Shown in pieces: positions 39,897 through 48,600 of a DNA stretch of 64,000 bases. Location of the stretch: assembly GCA_965242695.1 (NCBI GenBank), contig CBDESU010000001.1, positions 2,112,001 through 2,176,000 on the forward strand, given 5' to 3'. The notes under the pieces were generated by a model. It saw only the letters and a list, made by a program, of their open reading frames with translations. It did no database searches and had not been told where the DNA came from. Numbering within the stretch: the stretch's first letter is position 1; each line of letters begins with the position of its first letter. Both the position numbers and the translations under genes were made by a program. The DNA is from Cenarchaeum sp. (GTDB lineage: Archaea; Thermoproteota; Nitrososphaeria; Nitrososphaerales; Nitrosopumilaceae).

Positions 39897-42092
39897 CTAG
39901 TTCCCACGGTACCACCACACTCTGGCCTTACGCATCTCTGCAACCTTGTCGCGATAGTCCCTGCTCTCCGCATATCTTCCTACTTTGTCTAGCGCATGCC
40001 CCAATTTTTCACATACCTCAAAGTTGACGGGATCTAAACTGGCGGCCGACTCGTATGCCGGGACGGCGTCGGCGAAGCGGCCGGATGCGTAGAGCGCCTC
40101 GGCGAGGCCGAGCCGGGCGTCAAAGCTGTCCGGGTTCAGGGCGGCGGCCGACTCGTATGCCGGGACGGCGTCGGCGAAGCGGCCGGATGCGTAGAGCGCC
40201 TCGGCGAGGCCGAGCCGGGCGTCAAAGCTGTCCGGGTTCAGGGCGGCGGCCGACTCGTATGCCGGGACGGCGTCGGCGAAGCGGCCGGATGCGTAGAGCG
40301 CCTCGGCGAGGCCGAGCCGGGCGTCAAAGCTGTCCGGGTTCAGGGCGGCGGCCGACTCGTATGCCGGGACGGCGTCGGCGAAGCGGCCGGATGCGCGGAG
40401 CGCGTCGGCGAGGCCGAGCCGGGCGTCAAAGCTGTCCGGGTTCAGGGCGGCGGCCGACTCGTATGCCGGGACGGCGTCGGCGAAGCGGCCGGATGCATAG
40501 AGCGCCTCGGCGAGGCCGAGCCGGGCGCCAAAGCTGTCCGGGTTCAGGGCGGCGGCCGACTCGTATGCCGGGACGGCGTCGGCGAAGCGGCCGGATGCGC
40601 GGAGCGACCGGGCGAGGCCGAGCCGGGCGCCAAAGCTGTCCGGGTTCAGGGCGGCGGCCGACTCGTATGCCGGGACGGCGTCGGCGAAGCGGCCGGATGC
40701 GCGGAGCGCGTCGGCCAGGCCGAGCCGTGCATCGAAATCGGCGCCAAGCCTCGCGGCCTTGTACAGAAAGTCGACCGCCCTGTCGGGCCGTCCAAGCTTT
40801 AGCATCGCCCTGCCCATGCCGCGGTGCGCCGCGGCCCCCCCAAGCTCGCGCACAAAGAGGCTCCAGCTCGGGCGGCCCTGTCCGTGCGGCGCGAATACCA
40901 CGACATCGCTCCTCTTGATCCCGGCCTTGTACATTCCAGCGGCCTCGCTGTGCCTGCCGAGCGAAAGCAGCACGTTTCCGAGTCCCACGTACGCGGCAGC
41001 ATCGCCGGAATCCAGCGCGATCGCCCTCCTGTACTGCCCGGCCGCCTCCGCGTGGCGGCCCTCCATCGCAAGCGCGGTGGCGTACTCTGTCCGAAACGGC
41101 GCAACTGCCGAGTGCCTGCGCACCGTAGCCAGGCAGTACTGCAGGATGGGAATCCCGTCGCCGTCGTTCGCCGCGGCGAGCGCCCGCCCCATGCCGGCGC
41201 GCACCGCCTCGTGGTCCGGATCGATCGCGGCCGCTTTCTCGTACCACCCGATCGCATCCCCGTAGCGCCCCAGCTGCACCAGGAGATTGGCCATGCCGGC
41301 GAGGGGAAGGATACTCACGGGGTGATCCTCGGCCGCCTCCCCGTATGCCGCCTCGGCCTCGCCTCCCCGGCCGAGGCGCGCAAGGGAGTGGGCCCTGTAC
41401 AGCAGGGCCCACAGGTCGCGGCCCCCGCCCCCGGCCCTTGCCAGGTGCCGGTCGCACATCTCTAGGGCCTTTCCTGCCGCCCTGCGCGCGCGGCCTGCAA
41501 TGCCGGCCGCATCCATTACCGCCGCCTCTACAATGTAGGCCGTGGCCAGGTACCTGTCGCGGCCCGCCAGGACCGCGTGCATGAACCTCTCGGCGACGCG
41601 GAGGTGCCACGCCTCGTCGAACCGGAACGCGCCGAGCGAGTGGACCAGCGCGTGGCGCAGGTCGAACAGGCGGGCAAGGTCGCCGCCCATCTTTTCCAGG
41701 CACTCCCGCAGCACGGGGAGCCCGTACCGGTCGGCAAGCCGCTCGATCGCCTTGACGCTCTGGAACCCGTGGTCGACCGCGCCGATGCGGGACACGCTCG
41801 CCCAGACGGCCCGCCTCACGCCCCTGATCCGCACTGCCATGCGCTCCCTGCCGTGCAGCAGGTCGAGCCGCTCCTCGAGCACCAGCCGCAGGAACTGCTC
41901 GAGTATGGTGACGGCCTGCGTGACGATGGCGGCCTTTAGGACGGGGTCGCGCGACCCCAGGCGCGCCTTCAGCTCCGCCATCCCTATGAAGACGTCGAGC
42001 ATGCCCATGCCGACGAGCGCCAGCGTAAGCGGAAACCTTGGCAGGTGCACGCTGCGCCCGCCCTGAGCACTCTTTGAGGCCGTCTTGTTCAC
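39897..42092 (-). CDS. HEPN-like N-terminal domain fused to a long TPR array
   Basis: AVTILEQFLR...FQS...LFDLRHALVHS (R-x4-H) followed by many TPRs; AT-rich upstream region. Confidence 0.78.
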   Translation of the reverse strand: MNKTASKSAQGGRSVHLPRFPLTLALVGMGMLDVFIGMAELKARLGSRDPVLKAAIVTQAVTILEQFLRLVLEERLDLLHGRERMAVRIRGVRRAVWASVSRIGAVDHGFQSVKAIERLADRYGLPVLRECLEKMGGDLARLFDLRHALVHSLGAFRFDEAWHLRVAERFMHAVLAGRDRYLATAYIVEAAVMDAAGIAGRARRAAGKALEMCDRHLARAGGGGRDLWALLYRAHSLARLGRGGEAEAAYGEAAEDHPVSILPLAGMANLLVQLGRYGDAIGWYEKAAAIDPDHEAVRAGMGRALAAANDGDGIPILQYCLATVRRHSAVAPFRTEYATALAMEGRHAEAAGQYRRAIALDSGDAAAYVGLGNVLLSLGRHSEAAGMYKAGIKRSDVVVFAPHGQGRPSWSLFVRELGGAAAHRGMGRAMLKLGRPDRAVDFLYKAARLGADFDARLGLADALRASGRFADAVPAYESAAALNPDSFGARLGLARSLRASGRFADAVPAYESAAALNPDSFGARLGLAEALYASGRFADAVPAYESAAALNPDSFDARLGLADALRASGRFADAVPAYESAAALNPDSFDARLGLAEALYASGRFADAVPAYESAAALNPDSFDARLGLAEALYASGRFADAVPAYESAAALNPDSFDARLGLAEALYASGRFADAVPAYESAASLDPVNFEVCEKLGHALDKVGRYAESRDYRDKVAEMRKARVWWYRGN
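40041..40740 (-). repeat. Seven near-identical 102-bp TPR-coding repeats
   Basis: Units start at 40041, 40143, 40245, 40347, 40449, 40551 and 40653. Confidence 0.95.
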
Positions 42093-42302
42093 GAAAACTG
42101 CGGCATATAGTTCTTATTTAACTGTACGGGTAAGGAGCGCGGCCCGCACGGGCGCCACGGGCGTCGCCGGCCGCGACATGGCGGCCCCCGCGCCGGCCCG
42201 ATGCGCGCCGATGCCGCCCGGCGGGCGGCGGGGCCCGATGCCGCCGCGCCGGGAGGAGCCCCGGCGACGGCTTTTATTGAAGGCGGGGCCGCGCTGCGGC
42301 AG

Positions 42303-42539
42303 TTGCCTAGCAGTTCGGGCGGCACCGCGGCGCCGTTCTCGTCGAGGGACATGCTCCTGAGGGGCACGGCCGTCGCCGCGATCGTCGCCGTGCCGTCCCT
42401 CTCGGCGTTCGGCATGGCATGGTCCGCCCTGGGCGACTTTGTGGCCGCCACCGTGGCCGGGATCGCCGTGCACCTTGCCGGAATGGCCTTTGCCGGGCGC
42501 ATATACCGCAGGCTGTTCGGCGGCGGGGCGGGGCGGTAG
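42303..42539 (+). CDS. Small two-TM membrane protein
   Basis: TTTTATTG box ~25 nt before a TTG start; hydrophobic helices. Confidence 0.6.
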   Translation: MPSSSGGTAAPFSSRDMLLRGTAVAAIVAVPSLSAFGMAWSALGDFVAATVAGIAVHLAGMAFAGRIYRRLFGGGAGR

Positions 42540-42669
42540 GACGGAGGGGCCGCGCCGGGCGCGGCCCCCCCCCCACGCGGGAGCGCCGCGCCGGGCGCCG
42601 CTTGGGCAGGGGCGGCGATCGCCCCCGCCCGTCCGCAAGCGCTTTATGCCTGCGCCATTCCCGCCGTCC

Positions 42670-43857
42670 ATGGCACGGGAACAGGCAGCCGGCGGCGCGG
42701 GCAACCCCTGCATCGACGACGGTTCCCTGGCAACGGAGGCGGAATACGACGAGGGCTGCGCGCCGACCCCGCTCGAGTACAGCGTCGACACCATACCCGC
42801 GGACTACACCCTGTGGGAGCTCTACGGCAAGTGGCTCAACAGGGACATCTCAATCCCAAGGCTCGAGAGGCCGTACCCCTGGACGGAGGCGCAGGCATCG
42901 AGGCTGATCGAGTCGTTCATAATGGATCTTCCCGTCCCTCCCGTGTACATGCTCACCGGCGATGACGGGCGGTCGGTCGTTATTGACGGCATGCGGCGCC
43001 TGCTGACGGTGTTTTCGTACTTTGGGGGATCGCACCCCGAGACGGGCTCCCTTGCGGGCCAGAGGTTTCGCATTGTCGGGATCAACGAGGACAGCAGGCT
43101 TCACGGCAGGACGTTCCTCGAGCTTGCCGAGGAGGACCAGTGCAGGCTCAAGGATGCAGTACTCAGGGCGATGCTGGTGAGGCGAAGGGGCGCGGGCGGC
43201 GCCGACTCTGCCGTGTACGAGATATGCGAGCGCCTCAACAGCGGCAGCACGCGCCTAGAGCCCCAAGAGGTGCGCAGCCGCGCCTACGGCGGCGGCCTCG
43301 ACGACCTCCTTGACGAGATAAACAGGGACGAGAGCTGGAGGGCCATGCTCGGGAGGCCACGGCCAGATCCCGCAATGAGGGACAGGGAGATGGTGCTGCG
43401 CTGCATGGCCCTGTTCCACGAGGGGGACGAGTACGCAGGGCCGATGAAGGGGTTCCTGTCAGGGTTCATGGCCAGGCACAGGAGCCCAGGCGAAAGGTTT
43501 CTAGCGGAGGAGCGCCGGCGCTTCAAGACCGCCTGCGGCGCGGCGCTCGCCGCGCTCGGCCCCGCGCCCTTCAACAACGGGAACGGCCAGCTGCGGGCGC
43601 CCCTGCTCGACTCCGTCATTGTCGCATTCGCCCGCAGCGGCCGCGCGGGGCCCGTCAGCGGCCGCGCGGGGCCCGTCAGCATGAGGGGGCGCCTCGAGGC
43701 GCTGCGATCCGACAAGAGGTTTGCCGAGTACGCGGGATCGTCATCGACGACGGCAGGCGCGGTAAGGGGCAGGCTCCGCCTTGCGCAGGAGATCATGTTC
43801 GGCGGCGCGAGTGGGAGCGGATCCAGGGGCCCGGCGGCCAAGGTCGCACCCAAGTAG
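42670..43857 (+). CDS. DUF262 (GmrS/ParB-like) domain protein with divergent motifs
   Basis: W..AQASRLIES...LPVPP, VIDGMRRL and ERLNSG..L...EVR; CTTTATG upstream. Confidence 0.82.
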   Translation: MAREQAAGGAGNPCIDDGSLATEAEYDEGCAPTPLEYSVDTIPADYTLWELYGKWLNRDISIPRLERPYPWTEAQASRLIESFIMDLPVPPVYMLTGDDGRSVVIDGMRRLLTVFSYFGGSHPETGSLAGQRFRIVGINEDSRLHGRTFLELAEEDQCRLKDAVLRAMLVRRRGAGGADSAVYEICERLNSGSTRLEPQEVRSRAYGGGLDDLLDEINRDESWRAMLGRPRPDPAMRDREMVLRCMALFHEGDEYAGPMKGFLSGFMARHRSPGERFLAEERRRFKTACGAALAALGPAPFNNGNGQLRAPLLDSVIVAFARSGRAGPVSGRAGPVSMRGRLEALRSDKRFAEYAGSSSTTAGAVRGRLRLAQEIMFGGASGSGSRGPAAKVAPK

Positions 43858-43932
43858 CCGAGGGCGGCGCGCGGCAGGGATGCCCCCGAGCCGGCCGCTT
43901 TTGCGCCCGATGCGCCGGCCGGCCCCCCTGCG

Positions 43933-45513
43933 CTACGGTCCGCTTCTCGACTCGCCGGCGCCCGCCCCGCCCCGCTCCGCCTCGTACCTCTCGAGCAGCC
44001 ACCGGTGGTCGCCGGCCATGCGGTCGATCCGCTCGCTCATGCTCGCAATCTGCGCCCTGAGCTCGTCCGAGCCGTCCCTCCCCTCGATGACCGACGCCAT
44101 CCTCGTGAACACGTTCAGGCGCGGCGCGGCCTTTGCGTACTCGCGCCGGAGCGACTCGGGGTACAGCGTCGCCTGCACCTCGTACGCGTCCTTTGGGGCG
44201 TGGCCGATCACGTGGTCGGCCACGTCGATCCTGCACCCCGCGTCTATGAGCGTCGACTTTACGAGCTTGCGCAGCTGGTGCGAGTGGCGCGAGGGCGACT
44301 CGCGCTCGCCCGGCCGCCGCCTCACCAGGCCGGCCCTCACGGCCAGCTTTGCAAACGACCTGTGCACCCAGCTGTCCTTGATGGGGCTCCCCTGCTGCGT
44401 TATGTACAGCGGGCTGCCGTCGCCGCGCCGCAGCGGGCGGCAGGTGCGCCTCTCGCGGTCGTACAGCCAGTCCTGCAGGGCCGAGACCGCATCCCGCTCG
44501 ATGAACCCCGTGTGCCGGTACGCCGTCTTGACCCTGGACAGCACGATCGGCACGGGGCACTTGTCCAGGCTCCAGTTGCGCGGGTCGTCGGTCCCCATGT
44601 GGGCCGAGACCTGGTCGAACGCCGTGTAGTTGAACCGGTCGGCGATCGTGGCCCTGTCCAGCCCGCGGTGGAACATGGACAAAAACACCGACCTCTCGAG
44701 CAGGTTCGGGCGGCCGGCCGTCAGTATCGTCGCAAAGTCGGCCAGCGTGAGCGAGTCGTCCATCCACTCGTCGCCTCCCCCCGCCTGCGCGGCCGGCCGG
44801 CCGCCGCGGGCCCTGCGCATGCGGAACTTTACGGAGTACGACACCTCGTGCGTCTCAAAGTACGACTTTAGGGCCGTCTCGGCGCTCCGCACGGACGCGA
44901 CCGACAGCGACCGGTCGTCCCGGACCTCGCTGAGGAACTCGCGCGCGATCTTGTTGAGGTCGCGCGAGCTCGACTCGGGCTCTAGGTACAGGTCGAGCAG
45001 GTCGCCGACGCCTCCGAGCGTGACCGCCTCGACGACCTTGCCGTACGAGCCGTCCTCGCGGCGCCACCTCGTGATCTCCACCGTCCTGCCGGCGAGCCAC
45101 CCGTGGAACTTGTACAGGCGGCTCGCGTACGACCGGCGCGTCCCCGTGAGGGTGCTGCTAGCCAGGTCGTGCTGAAAGTCGGTCCCGCTGAGCGTCTTGA
45201 GCCAGTAGGCGACGGACGGTATGCGCACGAACTCGGCGAGCGTGACGGACGGGCGGCTGTCTATCGCCTCGACGATCCCGGCCTTTTCCGCCGCCCGTAT
45301 GGCCGCGAGGGCGCGGTTCATGCGGTGCGCGTACGACGACGGCGGCACGTCCCTGTCGGCCGACCTCTTTGCCAGTATCGTCGACGAGACGACGTCGCCG
45401 CACCGCAGCCCGGCCAGGAAAGGGACGGCCCGGGGCGGCAGCACGCCCGACTCTACTGCCTCTACGATCTGCCGGTCAATGGCCCCTCCGTCGCCGTCGG
45501 GGCACCCCGTCAC
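43933..45513 (-). CDS. Tyrosine recombinase / integrase
   Basis: TRRSY core-binding helix, RVKT, HQLRK (H-x-x-R), IGH and downstream Tyr (DAY); C-terminal coiled coil. Confidence 0.88.
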   Translation of the reverse strand: MTGCPDGDGGAIDRQIVEAVESGVLPPRAVPFLAGLRCGDVVSSTILAKRSADRDVPPSSYAHRMNRALAAIRAAEKAGIVEAIDSRPSVTLAEFVRIPSVAYWLKTLSGTDFQHDLASSTLTGTRRSYASRLYKFHGWLAGRTVEITRWRREDGSYGKVVEAVTLGGVGDLLDLYLEPESSSRDLNKIAREFLSEVRDDRSLSVASVRSAETALKSYFETHEVSYSVKFRMRRARGGRPAAQAGGGDEWMDDSLTLADFATILTAGRPNLLERSVFLSMFHRGLDRATIADRFNYTAFDQVSAHMGTDDPRNWSLDKCPVPIVLSRVKTAYRHTGFIERDAVSALQDWLYDRERRTCRPLRRGDGSPLYITQQGSPIKDSWVHRSFAKLAVRAGLVRRRPGERESPSRHSHQLRKLVKSTLIDAGCRIDVADHVIGHAPKDAYEVQATLYPESLRREYAKAAPRLNVFTRMASVIEGRDGSDELRAQIASMSERIDRMAGDHRWLLERYEAERGGAGAGESRSGP

Positions 45514-45549
45514 GCGGTACTCCCCTGCCTTGATGGGGCGCGGTTTGGT

Positions 45550-45679
45550 GATATGGTATTAAATGTTCATGCATTCTGGGCGCCCCGTGCTTCTGGGCGC
45601 CCCGTGCCGGCGGCATGGTATCACCAGTTCATGGACAGGGCTGTTTGATACCATCCAGCTATATACGCTGCATGGTATC
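45550..45679. promoter_or_regulatory. Divergent control region with four ATGGTATY boxes, TATA-like elements and a 17-bp tandem duplication
   Basis: ATGGTATT at 45553, ATGGTATC at 45615 and 45672, GATACCAT at 45647; ttctgggcgccccgtgc x2 at 45574-45607. Confidence 0.65.
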
Positions 45680-48600
45680 CAACTCCTACGTATCCCGTAT
45701 TTCCGTTACTAGTATCATACTAGCCACCATCATGGTGGCCGGCGGGGTCACGTTCGCCATACCGGGAGCCATCCCGGAGGCCGCGGCCCAGTCGAGCAAC
45801 GCAAACCTGTACGTGTCTGCCGAGAACAGCGCCTTTGACAACGTCTTCACGGGCCTGAACGTCGTAGAGGTCGTAGTACGCGACCCCGACCGCACCATCA
45901 GGAGCGGCAGCGACATCGCTGCCGAGCCTCGCGTGACGGTCGACGGCGACTGGCTGAGGATGGTCCAGGGCAACGACGGCAGCTGGTACGGGTACTTTGC
46001 TGAAAACGCAAGCATTCATGTTATAGAAAATGATCAAGATAACCCTAACGCCATAGATTATGGCGAAAGATGTGATACCGGTCCGGCGGGGCTTACCGGC
46101 TACGAGTTCGAATATGCGATGTGCGCCACTGGCGCTGATCGCGATAAAGACGGCAAGCATCCGGTCATCAGGACCCCCAAGGCGATCAACAATGCAGACA
46201 ACACAGGCGATCGCGTTAACTTTGGAAGCATCGGGCTCGAAAGGGCCAACCAATGGCCCTTCATCCAGGTGTACAACTTTGACGACGAGAGTGACATTGT
46301 CGTAGAGTACGAAAAGGGCGGCGATGCCCAGAGCGTCACGCTCTACTATGACAGCGATCCTGACGAGTACGGCACCGGCCTAGAGCTGGGCCGCGACAGG
46401 TATCCCTTGGGCGGCGGAGTCATCATGACCATGACCGACCTAGCGATGAATGTCGATCCGACGGACAGCGACACTTGGACGTTTACTACGGCCGACGATG
46501 GGGCATACTACTACCTGTTTGACGACAATGGCATGTGCCAGGATAACCGTAGTGATGCAAACAAGATCAACCGCGATCTTGATGGCCTTGAAGGCGTCGA
46601 CGACAACCTGTACCTGACCATCGATCCCGACAAGGACGGGTCGACGGTTCTAAAATTCATGGTGCCCCACCCGGGTAACCAGAATGACGACTGTGGTGCA
46701 GGAACAAGCACTGCCAAGACCCTGATGATGAACTCCGACACGAACAACATGGTCACCTTCATCGAGGGCGACCCGGGCGTGTTCACGAACACCAACACCA
46801 ACACCGATCTGCCCAACATAGTTGTCCCCACCAACGCGGCGAGGGGCAACACAGCGGTCATCGACTACAACGACGGCGACATATCCGTGGTGGTGGGCCA
46901 TACCTTTGGGACCATAACGCTAGACGACGATGCAGTCGGTGGCGTGTGGAACTCTGGTGAGGAGATACCCGTCACGCTCACGGATGCGGATATTAACCGG
47001 GCCGCCATGAACGATGAAGACATAGACGTAAGCAATCCCGCCTTTACGATAATCCCTAGCGTGCGGATCGGCTCGCCGATCACGCTTGCGAGCGCGGAGT
47101 CGGCCATGCTGGGCAACTCCATGCTTGCTGGCTCCAACGGCACATTCGCTGTCGATTCGTTCAGCGACGTTGGTAGGCTGATGCCCAACATGACCGCCAA
47201 CACCGTAACGTTCAAGTGGGCAGAGATGGGCGAAGAGATCGGGAGCTTCCTCGCAGATGAGGAAAATAACAGGGTCTACAACGCCGACGGCAGCTTCAGG
47301 GGCGTCACTTACCCCTCTGCCACGTTCCAGTTCCTCAACTTCGATGTTCGCTCAATCGGGAGCGTAAATAGCGCAGCCTTCCAGTGGATGAACGCAAGTG
47401 GAATGCAGAGCATTCCGATTCCTGATGTCAGCGGCGGTCAGGACCTTGTCGAAATAACCAATGTCGACGTGTCCATGATTCCTGACGATGCTGACGTTTA
47501 CATCATGCTGAACTTTGGTGGCAACACCCTCGAGAGCGGCATGACATACCCTGTTGTAGTCGACCTCTTTAGCTTTGGCCAGATGGGAGACGGCGTTGCC
47601 GCCAGCGAGCGGATCAACAACGCAATCTACCGGCTAGAGCTTGAGGAGAGCGGCGACAACACCGGCGTATTCGAAGGCACGATAGAGTACACGATGCTCA
47701 ACCAAATTAACGTCCGTGACCCGGGCACATACAATGGCCTGGACACAATCAGTGACGCAGTCACAATGGTGGTGCACAACGACATGACCGACGAGGACTC
47801 TATCCGTGTCAACTACCTAGACCTGGGCGCCGACGGCGTTGCGACGCAGATCGCCGACCAGGTAGAGGCACCTACAACATCGGGATCGGTCTCGTTCGAT
47901 GCCGACAACTACAAGGTGGCCGACACGGTCACCGTGACCCTTGAGGATGCAGACATGAACACAGCAGTCGAGACGATCGAGATATACACGGTCGTGGACA
48001 CTGCTGACGATCCAGCCTATGACATGGTCGGCGTCGAGAACTACGGCGTCAACAGCGCGGGAGATGCGTTCGGCCGCGTCCTAGACGTCACGTTCGACGA
48101 CCAGCTGTGGCTTGAGGGCTGCGGCATCAGCGGCGACAACGGCCTCGGCTCAACCGGCTTTACGCTGATCGAGACTGGCGCCGACACGGGCGTCTTCACC
48201 GGCGACTTCCAGATTCCGCTCCAGTACTGCCACAGGCTTCCCAACAACGATGTAGAAGTCCGGTCCACCACCGGCGTTGATATGGAAGTCAACTATGTTG
48301 ACTACCGCGACGCCTCCGGCGAGACCCTAGAGGTCGGCGACAGCGCCGGCATCAGGGCCAACACCGGCACGGTGAGCCTAGACAGGACCGTATACCCGGT
48401 TCCGTTCGGCGTACCGGCCGACTACGGCGGCAACCCGCCGCAGGGCGCATCGATATTCCCGATCCACGCGACCGGGATAAACAGCTGGCCGGCGCCGGGC
48501 ACGTTCCTGCCCAACGGCGACCTGACGATCCACATCCGGGTCAACGATCCGGACTTTGACATCTCGGCGAGCGGCGAGGACACCATTGCGGTCAACATAC

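Noticed and set aside
40041-40740. Regular repeats as CRISPR or satellite DNA
   Set aside because: The 102-bp period is in frame and encodes 34-aa TPR units.
45615-45671. Longer start for S-layer A (45615) and for B (56218)
   Set aside because: Starts at 45672 and 56203 give equal-length signal-peptide N-regions in both paralogs. The 45615 ATG belongs to another copy of the ATGGTATC box. Not proven.
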